63,748 bases of DNA, filler included, from Globobulimina sp. (GCA_003354225.1; 37 parts of 37 records of this genome joined end to end with filler, not necessarily neighbours in it), one strand, 5' to 3'. Counted from the whole stretch's first letter, positions 1 through 12,811 are shown. Translations and numbers: made by a program. Notes: generated by a model from the letters alone, not told the origin.

Positions 1-456
<456 letters not shown>

Positions 457-637
457 CTAGATTCTAAATTAAATGTATACACTAAATAAATAGAAAAGAA
501 TTTGAAATTTTGGTTGGAACTTTAAATTTAGACATTAGATGACCTAACGTTGAGGTATGAATAGGATGAAGCAAGAATGGTGAAAAGTTGTTGTTGATGT
601 TTGTTGATTAAGTTTTTTAATACTTACTGCCTGGTAC

Positions 638-1492
638 ATGGCATTCAAACCAACATTAAAAAATATATTAATAACCGGCAGTCCAGGCGTTGGCAAAACA
701 ACATGTGTCCGGCACATTGTTGATGCACTTCAAGATAAAAATAATAGATATTCATCCATTTTAAATATAAATGGATTTTATTCTGTCGAAAGACGAAAAT
801 CGCCGCAAACGCATTATTCAAATTATACCAGATCAGTGAGGATTGGATTTGATATAATATCGGTTAGTGATGGCGCGTCGAGTATATTGGCGAGAACCGA
901 ACAAGAATTGCCACAAAATATTTATAATAAATATAAACAACAAGCATCATATTCATTATTTAGACGTGTCGGGAAATATATTGTTGATGTTGTTGGTTTT
1001 GAAAAAAGTGTATTGCCATTGTTGCATTGCAATAAAAATAATAATAAACAAACTGTATTTATTATTGATGAAATTGGTAAAATGGAATTATTTTCAGATC
1101 AATTTGCAAAATGCGTGGATAAAATTATTAATAATCCATCATTTATTGTGATCGCAACTGTTCCCAATAAACGTCATATTGGATTTGTGGAGAAAATAAA
1201 AAAAAGAAAAGATTCAAAATTATATGTATTGACACCAAATAACAGAAATTCATCAACAGATTATATTACAAAATGCTTATTTGAGTTAATTGATTTCAGA
1301 AATGATCAAAATAATAATCAAAATACGGATGATGTTGAATTTAAACAAAAAAATTGGAACAATAAAGACACTCAATATAATAACGCGGATGATCATTATT
1401 ATAATAATAATAATTATAATACGAACAATGATAATAATTATAACAAAAAGTATTATAAAAATAAAAACCAGTCTTATCGTAAAAAAACTTAA
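638..1492 (+). CDS. NTPCR: NTPase_1/THEP1-family nucleoside triphosphatase with Asn-rich tail
   Basis: ITGSPGVGKTT Walker A, RIGFDI, RVGKYIVD, IIDEIGKMELFS. Confidence 0.92.
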   Translation: MAFKPTLKNILITGSPGVGKTTCVRHIVDALQDKNNRYSSILNINGFYSVERRKSPQTHYSNYTRSVRIGFDIISVSDGASSILARTEQELPQNIYNKYKQQASYSLFRRVGKYIVDVVGFEKSVLPLLHCNKNNNKQTVFIIDEIGKMELFSDQFAKCVDKIINNPSFIVIATVPNKRHIGFVEKIKKRKDSKLYVLTPNNRNSSTDYITKCLFELIDFRNDQNNNQNTDDVEFKQKNWNNKDTQYNNADDHYYNNNNYNTNNDNNYNKKYYKNKNQSYRKKT

Positions 1493-1627
1493 TGTCCTGT
1501 TTGTACATTATTTATAAAAATGCCATCATTGCCATGCATGAAACAAAAAAACTAGTCAAAGTAACCATCTTTTTATGTTTTCCAAATCACTGATCTGGCA
1601 ACCATGTCATTTACAAAACAGAAATTA

Positions 1628-1727
1628 NNNNNNNNNNNNNNNNNNNNNNNNNNNNNNNNNNNNNNNNNNNNTTAATTAATTAANNNNNNNNNNNNNNNNN
1701 NNNNNNNNNNNNNNNNNNNNNNNNNNN
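1628..1727. other. Artificial contig linker (44 N + TTAATTAATTAA + 44 N); first of 36 copies recurring every 1725-1726 nt
   Basis: Identical spacer with stops in all six frames between near-equal-length contigs. Confidence 0.99.
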
Positions 1728-2138
1728 TGATACAAACATTAAGCAGAACAACGCCATTCCAAACATTCCATGTTTTGTATTGAATGCAATGCCGTTTAAT
1801 ATAAATAACTCAAATAAAATACTTAAAAAACAAATGAAGAATGCTAGCATAAATCCAATATAATGAATGCGTTTCCGTTTATCAGTCGATATCGATATGG
1901 AACATGCCGCGCCAAAATAAAAAAACATCATAGAAATTGGTAAAATAACTCCAAATGCCATAAACATTAACATTCCATGCTGCCAATGAGTAAATGCAAT
2001 GTTTGATGGACTGTCTTCGAGTGTTGGCTGCATTTGTTCTGCAATAATCGCCACTGTTCCATTGTTGGTTGGATTGTCTGAAGTCACGCATTTACTGACT
2101 ATTACAGAGAGTATCAAATAGGGACTATACGAAGGCAT
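1728..2138 (-). CDS. Cytochrome b561-like membrane protein, partial
   Basis: Signal peptide; heme-ligand-like His motifs HGMLMFMAFG, IHYIG, KHGMFG in TM helices. Confidence 0.7.
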
Positions 2139-2182
2139 TATGATGATTTTAGTCAGATGTTTTCACTGAAAACTAGGCAAAT

Positions 2183-3340
2183 ATGAGAGTTGATTTGGTG
2201 TCTAATGATTTACGCAGTTCCTTTGACATTTTTGAGATTGTTGGAGAAGGATCATATGGCGTCGTGATAAAATGTAAAAGAAAATCAAATGGAGAGGTTG
2301 TGGCAATAAAATTCATTAAAAAATGCGGAGATAACAGCAATAATAATAATAATGCGGATGAAAAACAAAGAGAATGCAATAAAAAAGGATTACGAATTGA
2401 TATTTATCGCGAGATTCAAATATTAAATTGTTTGTATGACAATGATTTAAATAACAATATAAATTATGATTTTACCAATAATCGAATTACAAAATTACAG
2501 CAAATATTAATAGGTTCGATGTGCGACAACAAATACAATCTCGGCCTCGTATTCGAATATTATGAACTGTCGTTGTCACAAATTATCAGATATCACCGTA
2601 AAAAATTAAAAAAACAATTATTTTCAAACCTATTCATTGCACAAATATTATATCAAATACTCGAAGGTGTCACCACATTGCACAATGCGTGGATTCTTCA
2701 TCGCGATCTCAAGCCATCAAACATATTAATCGATGTTCGCAATGGTGGCCTAATAAAGCTATGCGACTTCGGTTTGAGCAAAATATTCCAAAAATATCAG
2801 ACAAACGGAACGCACAAACAACAGAAAGACGGTGAGATTGTGACATTATATTATCGGTCGCCGGAATTGTTTTTGACTAAAAATATCAACAAATGTAATA
2901 AGCCGAGCATTGATATTTGGAGCATTGGCTGCATTTTTGCAGAATTGATAAATTTAAAGCCTTTGTTTAGAATCGAGATCGATAAAATTAATCACAATGC
3001 GATAAATAAGGAGTTGTTGAAAAATATATGTTATATTATGGGCATACCGGATAAGGAGACATGGCATGGCATTCAGTATTTGGATTATTATAATATTTAT
3101 ATTCATTCATGGCAAATTAAGTATAATTGGAAAGGATGTTTGGCGGTGAAAATGAACTCTGCGACGTTTCTACAAATGGATTTATTGCGGAAATTATTAA
3201 CAATGGATCCGAAGAATAGAATAAGTGTCAAATATGCACTCAGTCATAAATATTTTAGTATATTGTCTGCAAATAATGGTAATCACAAGAAACAGTTACT
3301 TTTATTTCCAAACGGACAATGTCAGTATGAATTTATTTAA
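2183..3340 (+). CDS. CMGC/CDK-family Ser/Thr kinase
   Basis: GEGSYG, VAIK, HRDLKPSN, DFG, VTLYYRSPEL, DIWSIGCIFAEL. Confidence 0.93.
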   Translation: MRVDLVSNDLRSSFDIFEIVGEGSYGVVIKCKRKSNGEVVAIKFIKKCGDNSNNNNNADEKQRECNKKGLRIDIYREIQILNCLYDNDLNNNINYDFTNNRITKLQQILIGSMCDNKYNLGLVFEYYELSLSQIIRYHRKKLKKQLFSNLFIAQILYQILEGVTTLHNAWILHRDLKPSNILIDVRNGGLIKLCDFGLSKIFQKYQTNGTHKQQKDGEIVTLYYRSPELFLTKNINKCNKPSIDIWSIGCIFAELINLKPLFRIEIDKINHNAINKELLKNICYIMGIPDKETWHGIQYLDYYNIYIHSWQIKYNWKGCLAVKMNSATFLQMDLLRKLLTMDPKNRISVKYALSHKYFSILSANNGNHKKQLLLFPNGQCQYEFI

Positions 3341-3453
3341 TGAATAAAAGTCANNNNNNNNNNNNNNNNNNNNNNNNNNNNNNNNNNNNNNNNNNNNTTA
3401 ATTAATTAANNNNNNNNNNNNNNNNNNNNNNNNNNNNNNNNNNNNNNNNNNNN

Positions 3454-5079
3454 CCTGAGCCCGCGCTTGCACAAATTGGGACTTTCTGACAGTCAGTCGG
3501 TGTTTGATTGGTTTCTTACCCTCGTGTGGCAAACAATTAAAATTTTGCAACGGAAATGCTCCACGCATATAATCCAATTTATTATGGTATAAAAACTGTA
3601 ATTTTGTTTCTAAGATTCTCTTACTTTGATGCCTTCTCTGTATATATTTGTCCCTATAAATGTCCACTCCATTCATCTTATCCTCAATACTCACTCTGTT
3701 TGCTACATCTTCATGAGACGGAGCACGATAACTATCCACATAATAATGTTGTTTTAAATGATGATTATCTCCATTTTCATCCCCGCAAATATCATGATAA
3801 TATTCCGGTAATCGTATCGGTCTTTCAATGGGAACATTATTCAATACACCAAACAAATAACCACTCCAATAAGTTGCTAATTTCTCCTCATTCGTAAACT
3901 GTGGCATCTCACTATATTCATCGCTCATAAACTGTTGAGGGGCCAGCAATTTCTCTGTAAATCTCATAGTATGCCATAGTTGTTTCTTCTTTTTATTTTG
4001 CAGCGCAATCTGAGTCTCGCACATATTGTCAGAAAGATATTGTTGAATCTGAAAGTCACTGATAATTTCATAGAATTTCGATACGATATTGCTTTGGTAA
4101 TATTCTATAAATGTTTCAAATGGTTTGAATAGTTCATGATACATTTTATTTGCTTTATTTTGTTGTTCAGTGGAATCTAAATGTTGCCCTTTATTTATTT
4201 CATAAACATCATACGAGGCAAAGTTGCATATTTGCTTTGTTAAAGATTTATTACTTAATAATTGCAACAATTTACTAAATTCATCACTGAACACAGCTTC
4301 CAACAATGCGTGTTTTTGCCAGGTTTCTGGCGCAGTTTCTTCGATTATTGTACTATTCGCGGTTTCTAACATTAATTTATCCCGATATAATTTCAAAAAA
4401 TAACTGGATAAAAACTTGTGTAATTGTTTTATATATTTTTGGTCGATTTTGGCCATTTTCTCTGGCAATAATAATTCATTCACATCGGCAATTAACGGAT
4501 CTTTAAATAATGAAATATATTTCTCATCCTTTTCAACTATTTTTGCTCTTTGTAACGCTGTTTTATTCTTCAAATCTTTTATCGGATCAATGTTTATTAA
4601 ATCTAAATCTTTTCCATTTTCTAACGACAACTGTATGTTTTTAATATTTTTGTTTCTGTCCCGTGCATACATATTATTATCGCGAACGGCCCAATTTTGT
4701 GTTTTTGTGATAATTTGTTCCATAAATGGGTCAATATGAGCTAATAAACTTTGTGCGGATTCAATCAATAATTGTGATTGGTATCCAATACGGACAAATC
4801 CTTCAGATAAAGGAACAAATGCTGAATTATCTGAATTAAGTTCAAAATTTGTGCCATTTAATAAATAAGAATTTAAATCACGAATTAAAAGTTTATCTTC
4901 CCACGACATCACATCTCCCATCTCACTATAAAATATATCTAAATTATCCCTCACATTCGTTAACTCGGTGACCCATTTTCTTTTTTTCAGCTCAGTGGAT
5001 AAATGAGAAACAATTTTGTCTCTCAAATCTTGTGTTTGTGAGGGTAATATACAAAATGACCTCAAATATAATGAATCTG
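3454..5079 (-). CDS. Hypothetical protein, partial
   Basis: >530-codon open frame across the contig; no motif recognised. Confidence 0.7.
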
Positions 5080-5179
5080 NNNNNNNNNNNNNNNNNNNNN
5101 NNNNNNNNNNNNNNNNNNNNNNNTTAATTAATTAANNNNNNNNNNNNNNNNNNNNNNNNNNNNNNNNNNNNNNNNNNNN

Positions 5180-6805
5180 CATTGTATTGCAAAGATTCAA
5201 TGTTAAACCTCGGCAAAGCCAGCCACAAAGCTATAGAGATAAATGAGTTAAAGCAACAGGTTGATTTCCGACCGTTGCATCAGCAATTTGAGACATTGCA
5301 GTTTAGAATATCCGAGCGATTGTCCCAATGCATTATGTGTCGAATTGTGCAGGACCTCTCCAGTACGTATAAGCAAATGGACTTTGCAAATATGAGTGAG
5401 AGAGATTACATATTTTTGGAGAAGTGCAGATATTTGGTGGAATCTGCGTGGTCTAATCTGGTTATTCAGTTATTGTATATTATGCCCATTGCACACTATA
5501 AGTTTATGATTAAGAGATGTGTGTATTTGTTGGCTGAATATATATTTGAAAGTACATTGGCATTGAAACGTATTAATAGTAAAATTGTCAGGTTGTTGCT
5601 GCAGAATTACACGCATATTAAATCTGCGATTTTGACGCATTTAGGCAACGAATCGCAACACTTGGCCTCTGAAATTGAGGTCGCGTCAAACGTAATATTT
5701 GCGCCAACGGACGTATTGTATGATTTGTTATGCACAGCAAATGAGGCAATACCTGCGTTACTCGACGATGACGAAGATCTGAACGTGGAATCAATGCAAA
5801 ACGGATTTACGTTCGAGACACTTAAAACTAAGATTGGCCAAAATATTGCACAGACACTGCATGTGGACGTAGACGTTGATGCGGAACCAGAGCCTGTATT
5901 TTATAAAAAATACACATTATTTGAAATGAAAGTTGTTGACTTTTATCATTCGTCCAATGTGGTGCTATGTTTCCAAACCCTTTTATTGCAATTGGCTGAA
6001 AGTCAAATAAAAGTGAATCGGAGCACCAAAAGCAGCGTAAAACCAACTTTTTTTGAAGCATTTGACTTTGCGCATTATACCAAGCCACAACTGAAAGATA
6101 AATTAGCTTTGAAAGAAAGATTAATATCCAAAATAATGCAATGTAAAGCTATTGATAAAGATACACAGAAAAGAATGCAACTGCTATACAGAGAGAAGAC
6201 CACTGTGGATATGAAACAGGAACAACAGGATTCCATTTATGAGGCCATTCAGAAAAAAGAAGCATGGGAACAAGAACAGAAAGAGAACAAAATAAAGGCA
6301 CAAAAGGAAGCATCAGCAATGACATTTTTTAATAAAACACCAACTGCGGAGAATACAAATGAAAGCGGTGATGCATTGGATGCAATTGCCGGTACTATGG
6401 GCGATATTGACGATGATGATGTAATTGTCATGAAACAGACCGTTGATGTCAAGGATGTGGATAATACCATTGTGGTGGCTGCAGAGCCAGAGCCTCAACG
6501 ACCAGCGCCCGTTTTTGCCGCAGCACCGCAAGCGGAGGTAAAAGGTGATGCGGATACAATTGATACAAAGCCAGAGGTAAAGATAGAATTCGATGTGGTT
6601 GAAAAGGATACAACAATGTTGGATGAGGAGGTGAAAGAAGAAAAAGTGAACGTAAATGTAAGAGTGAAACGAAAAATATCTCCACCAAGTTATCGTCCGC
6701 CACCACCAAAAGTGCCCAATACGAGGCCTCCACCACCACCAATTCCAAGGGGTGCGTCGCCGTCTCCTGCTTTATCGAATAGTAGTATTAATATGGCGAA
6801 TAAAC
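5180..6805 (+). CDS. Helical protein, possibly a CATCHR/exocyst-type tethering subunit, with Pro-rich tail; partial
   Basis: Long ORF; helical region weakly resembles Sec15-like C-termini (inference); RPPPP tail. Confidence 0.4.
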
Positions 6806-6905
6806 NNNNNNNNNNNNNNNNNNNNNNNNNNNNNNNNNNNNNNNNNNNNTTAATTAATTAANNNNNNNNNNNNNNNNNNNNNNNNNNNNNNNNNNNNNNN
6901 NNNNN

Positions 6906-7086
6906 TACCAGCCGTCCCTACAACGAAGACTACCATGTGCTCTCGGGAGGCTTCGCCGAGCCCGTGATTGGCGCCATTCGTCGTGGCGTGGATGCTTCGG
7001 GTGTACCGGTAGAATTCAGCAAGGGGGAGGCCAGCCCTGGGCAACATGAAATCAACCTGCGCTATGCACCGGCGGTGGAGATGGCC
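6906..7086 (+). CDS. Bacterial glutamine synthetase-family (gamma-glutamyl ligase-like) fragment, chimeric
   Basis: GC-rich; translates TSRPYNEDYHVL...GVPVEFSKGEASPGQHEINLRYAPAVEMA. Confidence 0.85.
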
Positions 7087-7808
7087 CCGAAGCAGTGGCT
7101 GAGGCTTTGAATGATGCGGTAAATTTAACCTATCGCAAAAACGCAATAAAAATATGCGTAATTATTGCCGACGCGCCACCACATGGTTTAGGTTGCAGTG
7201 GCGATGGTTTCCCAAAGGGCAATCCCAATGGCCATGATCCAGTAAAAATAGCTAAAAAAATGGCAGAATTGGGGATAATTCTCTATGTAGTCGCATGTGA
7301 ACCATCTTTGAGTGGTTTTAAAGGAGCACATGATTTAATGGCTGGATTGGCAGAAATTACAGAAGGAAGATATTTGCCTTTGACTGGGGCCCATTTATTG
7401 CCTGATGTTATTATTGGTGGTGCAAAGGAGGAGGTTTCATTGCAGAAATTAGAGAATTTTGTGCAAAATAAAATGGATAAAATTACGGCAGACAAACCAA
7501 ATATATCCGAATCAGAAATGAATGAGAAAATTAAGACTGAAATGAATGACTACGGAATGACGCATGTTATGAATGAAGTGGAAGAGGATGCGATTTATGG
7601 CAATTATAATAAAGCAAATATTGGTGTTTGGGCCAAAAATGCAAACTCATTAAGTCATGGTGTAAAACAACAGCAAAAATTAGTGCAACCACGTGCAAAT
7701 TTTGCACATCAACAACAGCAACAATGTTATACATCTGCTATGTCTACAAAAACGGTTTCAAAAATGATGAATAGAGTGAATAAAAAAAGTAAAAATTCAT
7801 ATTATTAA
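7071..7808 (+). CDS. von Willebrand A (vWA) domain protein, C-terminal part
   Basis: GGGDGPEAVAEAL...ICVIIADAPPHG...LAEITEGRY. Confidence 0.85.
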   Translation, partial: GGGDGPEAVAEALNDAVNLTYRKNAIKICVIIADAPPHGLGCSGDGFPKGNPNGHDPVKIAKKMAELGIILYVVACEPSLSGFKGAHDLMAGLAEITEGRYLPLTGAHLLPDVIIGGAKEEVSLQKLENFVQNKMDKITADKPNISESEMNEKIKTEMNDYGMTHVMNEVEEDAIYGNYNKANIGVWAKNANSLSHGVKQQQKLVQPRANFAHQQQQQCYTSAMSTKTVSKMMNRVNKKSKNSYY

Positions 7809-8029
7809 ATGTATTAAATATTATTTCTTGTACTGTACACACATCGTGTGTGTTTTTTTGCTTTTTGAAATTTGTTAGATTGTTTATTTTGAAAGTTTTG
7901 TTTCAAATATCAATTTAATATTCGTTTCAATTTTAGTATTTTTCTTCTTGTTTTACATGTTTCTGTGCAAGGATAGAACGGTGTTTTTTAACGAATGTAA
8001 CGGAGTTTGTGTTTTTCAACTAGGGCTCA

Positions 8030-8381
8030 ATGGGAAATACTATTTCAGTGCTTGATGAAAAGCTTAAGGATGATTTTAGAGAATCCAAGTATACAAACTC
8101 ATTCTTATTATTAGGAAGCAAATCATCTGGAAAAACTACTGTGTTAAAACAGATGCAATTGTTACAATGTTGCAATGAAGACCATGACATATTTATATCA
8201 ATGTATCCAAATATCTTGAATTCAATTAGAAATGACTGTATATCCACTATTATAAAATTATGCTCTCAAATTAATGATCATAATACAATACAAACACACA
8301 AAACATTATCAATCCATGACTCAACTCAATTGATTCAAATAAAGGATAAAATAACATCTATCTTTCAGCAGTTTAAAAAAG
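8030..8381 (+). CDS. Heterotrimeric G-protein alpha-like, first exon (divergent)
   Basis: MGN myristoylation start; LLLGSKSSGKTTVLKQM P-loop; GT donor at 8382. Confidence 0.8.
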
Positions 8382-8631
8382 GTGAATGTGTACATGTTTA
8401 TTTTCACCATATGTGGTGAAAAGCGCCCGGTACAAAAAAAATACAATTTATAAATCGTAAAAAAAGCATATAAATCACAAAAAAAAAAAATGTATTGACG
8501 TGCAAGAAAAAATATGTCGTTCGTCTAGTGCNNNNNNNNNNNNNNNNNNNNNNNNNNNNNNNNNNNNNNNNNNNNTTAATTAATTAANNNNNNNNNNNNN
8601 NNNNNNNNNNNNNNNNNNNNNNNNNNNNNNN

Positions 8632-8950
8632 CTTTTTTAAACATTTTATTCAAAATTAATTTCCATTGTATAATTTTATTACCTTTCGCATCTCGCGGTG
8701 TTAATGGATCATTTTTAAAAAATTCAACTGCTCTCAATATATATGCTTTCAATGAAAAATTCTTTTTATTCTCCCAATCCCAATAATATTTAGATGTAAC
8801 TTTAAATGGACATTTTAATATTTTGCTTAATATAATCGCTCTTTTTTTTAGTGCTTCTTTTTGTCTCTGTCTCTCCTCATATTCTGATTGCCTTTGGCTT
8901 GCTACCATTGCCGTTGAAATATCGGCTCGGCCGCGATTATGTCGTGGCAT
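8632..8950 (-). CDS. Hypothetical protein, partial
   Basis: ORF from MPRHNRGR runs into contig end. Confidence 0.5.
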
Positions 8951-8995
8951 ATTCAAACCGTACGTTTAGAGGTGACAGACAGTGACTTGACTTTT

Positions 8996-9083
8996 GGGAT
9001 TCGCTTCAAGAGAGGATTCGGTAAAACTTAAGGTTTTTGGGATTCGCTTAGAATGGGATTCACTAAACACATGGGATTCGCTT
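8996..9083. repeat. Five dispersed copies of a GGGATTCGCTT-like motif
   Basis: Copies at about 8996, 9014, 9039, 9055, 9073. Confidence 0.75.
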
Positions 9084-10257
9084 ACAACGAACACTACATG
9101 GAAGAAAATCAAGTACATATTTTTTATTAAGACCAAAATCAAGTACATCACAAATTGGATGTAATGGATGTTGCTCGCTAAGACTACAAATACAAAATTC
9201 ACAGAGTGTTTCTGACCATTCATCAGCGTCACCATGCATTATAAATCCAGCATTAATATTCTTATCAGTTCCATTTACACAAAATTCATATGCTGTTGTT
9301 GTCGCCATCAACGGTGAGCCACTTGGCATTGTTGTGGGCATTGCAGTTGACTGAGTCGGCATTTCAGTTGGTGATATACTTGGTATTCCGCTGGGAGCTA
9401 CACTTGCTATGTTTGTAGGGGATATAGTTGGCATTTTTATTGTTGGCATTGATGTCGCACCAGACTCAATTTTGGTATATTGTATTCCATCCTGATTCAC
9501 TGCGAAAATATATCCAAAATCATTTGTAGGAGCAACCCAGACAGCTTCGGCAATGGAACTTAATCCATTAGACACCATATTGATTTGATATATATTCATC
9601 GTAGTGATTTCAAATACTTCCGCAGTGACGAGACTAGCTCCATTAGTGCCTCCCATACAAATTATTTCATCTACAAATGGATTGGTAACGCAATGAAAGC
9701 CATATCGAGCAGTAATCACTTTTGTTGAAGCTAACGCTGTCCATACATTTGCATCGACATTATATTCTTGTATCAAATCGCTATAAACAGAGCTGCCTCC
9801 TACACCACCAGCAAATGTATAAATTATGCTCCCATTTAAATTTGTAGCACATCCAGTCTGCCACAACGGTGTAGCCATAGCGCTGCCAAGTGACCATATA
9901 TCTGCGCTAATATCATAAATTAACGTTGTTGACGGATCATCCGTAGAATCAGAACCATAATGACCGAATAAATATAATTTATTACTATACGATGAAGCCG
10001 CAGCACAATGATCATTCAAATATCCCGCAGCACCCCATGGGGCAGTTTCAGTGTAGGAAGATAAACTAACATACGCTCGCGTGGATAAATTATAGATAGT
10101 CATTGTAGCGGTGACTAAACCAATTGACGCCAAATATAATCTATTATTAAACTGTTCTCTGCCAACGCTGCTGGCAAAAAAACCATAAGATCCACAATTA
10201 GTCCTTGTTGCAGGACATGTTTGACTAAATGTATTGTATGGTAATAACAGTACCGAT
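9063..10257 (-). CDS. Kelch-repeat extracellular protein with Pro/Thr/Ser stalk, partial
   Basis: LYLFG..., IYTFAGG...YNVDANVW, IICMGG kelch blades; PTISPT/MPT repeats. Confidence 0.8.
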
Positions 10258-10602
10258 NNNNNNNNNNNNNNNNNNNNNNNNNNNNNNNNNNNNNNNNNNN
10301 NTTAATTAATTAANNNNNNNNNNNNNNNNNNNNNNNNNNNNNNNNNNNNNNNNNNNNATTCTTTTGTAACTTAATCAGCGATTTTTCCTCCAATATATCC
10401 ATTTCCTCCATTTTTCTCCCTATCTCTTTCATACACAATGATGATTGAATAGGTGAATTTATTGGTCATTTATTTTATTATTATATATATTGTTTGCATC
10501 CATTTATTATCATTATTTCTTTTTTTCAGATTGTATTGTTTGTGTTAAGAAGTTTTTAAGATTGGCTTGATTTTACACTCAACTCAGTTTTTTAATTTAA
10601 CC

Positions 10603-10642
10603 TCTCTGAAGAAGACCTCCATTATGAGGTCGAAACGTTAGA
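10603..10642 (+). ncRNA. Minimal type I hammerhead ribozyme (Penelope-like-element type)
   Basis: TCT-CTGAAGA-A-GACCTC-cattat-GAGGTC-GAAA-CG-TT-AGA: core, 6-bp stem II, palindromic ACGT at stem III, 3-bp stem I. Confidence 0.8.
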
Positions 10643-10875
10643 CATTGTACATTTAGATAGTTCGATCGAATCCTTCAAATCACTATCGACCAGCTTTCTT
10701 ATTCAAAACAGAAACACTTTCACACATATAAATTCTAATATTCTTCGAAAACTAATATTCTTCGAAAACTAACTAACATTTTTACATATGCGGTTTCTTA
10801 TATTCATATCCCAAAGAAATTGGAACAGATTATGTATATTATGAAGCAGATAATGCTCCCTACAGATTCAGTTCA

Positions 10876-11898
10876 ATGGATGATGTGGAAGCGCACAAAT
10901 ATTTCAATGAAAATGGATATGTTGTTATTACCGATATGTTTGAAAATCAAGAAGAAATTGAATATGCTCATAAACTATTATGGAATTATTTGGAGACAGT
11001 GGGATGGAAAAAGGATAATCCATTAACATGGAATAATTTTCCAGGATGTGATATTACAGGAATTATATATCAAAATGGTATCGGACAGAGTGGATTTCAG
11101 TGGTTTATAAGAACACGAAAAAAAATATTATCCACATTTGAAAAAATATGGAATCTAACACAGAATGATAATGACAATAAATTAATTACAAGTTACGATG
11201 GTATCGGGATATTTCGACCATGGAAATATAACAAAAGATGGGAAACGTTTGATGGATGGTACCATATTGATCAAAATATTGTAAATAAACCAGGATTGGA
11301 TGCCATTCAGGTTTCTATACTCATATATGATATATTGATTTTATACAAACATTATTCATGTTGTTATTATATGCATCTTTAGGGAGTTTTATCATTAACA
11401 AATCAAAATAATTTAACAGGATCTACCGTTGTTATTCCTCGATCACATTTATATACTCCGACGTATTTAGCGGATACTATGACTGCGGATGATGGTGATT
11501 TCAATGTGATCAATGAAAATGATGTGGATATATTACTTAAACCGCCACACAACTTATTTCCGTTATTGTTATCTACAAAAAGCGGAGATTTATTGCTATG
11601 GGATGCGAGATTGATTCATTGCTCTTCTCCAAGTTTGGAATTATTGAATTGGAATATGGAGGAAAATTATAAATCTAATACAAAAGAAATTGAATTATTG
11701 AGAGTGGTCTCTTACGTTTGTATGACACCGAAATATAAAGCATCCCCGGAAATGCTTAAAAAGAGAATTAATGGATTTGAAACACATCAAACAAGTAACC
11801 ATAACCCACATGATATTCATCTTTATGGCAAACATGACCAAATCCCGGCTCTTTGGCGGGATGCTCAGAAATTAGATATGGATATTCAAAAACGTTAA
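10876..11898 (+). CDS. Phytanoyl-CoA dioxygenase (PhyH)-family Fe/2OG oxygenase; intron 11311-11382
   Basis: WYHIDQN, AIQ|GVLSL, GDLLLWDARLIH, LRVVSYVCMTP; 72-nt GT-AG intron joins the two ORFs in frame. Confidence 0.9.
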
Positions 11899-12811
11899 AT
11901 GAACATAATGAGTTGTAGTGATTCTAATTTTTTGTAAAATCTATGTGCTAACTCTTCTTTGAATGCAGATATCAAAAAAAAGANNNNNNNNNNNNNNNNN
12001 NNNNNNNNNNNNNNNNNNNNNNNNNNNTTAATTAATTAANNNNNNNNNNNNNNNNNNNNNNNNNNNNNNNNNNNNNNNNNNNNAACATACACATTAATTA
12101 TTTGCTGATTAATTTAATACATTTTATCGTTTTTGTTGCGTAAGAAATGTGGTACTTCCATCACATTCACATCATAACATGTCGGTAAATGGAGCGATTT
12201 GGCGTCTGTTTATTTTTGATTTTTATGAATGAGAAACAGGCAAAATAACAGATAAAAAAAATGATATTTTTTTTATGTTTCTATCAGTTGGGTATTTGTG
12301 TAATCAGCACAATGAATAAGCTCCGAGAGTTTCAGTGTAATGGGCTGCTAAGCCTTAGATCTCGACCATGTTCACAGTGATTGATGTCATATTACTTCAC
12401 GATTAAAGCAACTACAATAAATTTACGGAGCGCAGCAGGCAATCATCACAGAAACAAAACATTGTAATTTTCTTATCAGGATGTGATTGTGCTTTAACTT
12501 GGGTCTTGCTTGCGAAGTGATTGTGGAACAAGTATTAGTATAGGATAGTATTAGAGAGGAATGTTTTTAGTGTTGAGAGTTTTTGTAGTTTTCTTAAAAA
12601 TTGAGAATGTATTTGTGGTCATTTGATCGTCAAGTACAGAATCTAACGTTTTGGTCATTTGATCGTCATGTTTTCGATCCATCTGCGCAGAAAGAGATAG
12701 AACCAGCAAAAGTGTAAAAAAAAAGATAAGATATATAATTATTAATAAGAAAAATGGTAGAAAATATAAAAAAATCAAAAAATAAGCAAAAAGTCATTCA
12801 AAGTCTTCCTC

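Noticed and set aside
10736-10775. 17-bp tandem duplication (ctaatattcttcgaaaa); also the duplicated ggtcatttgatcgtca at 12617/12653
   Set aside because: Simple local duplications with no further structure.
12300-12540. Possible structured ncRNA (GCTCCG/CGGAGC and other short complementarities)
   Set aside because: Only short scattered pairings and no recognisable family motif.
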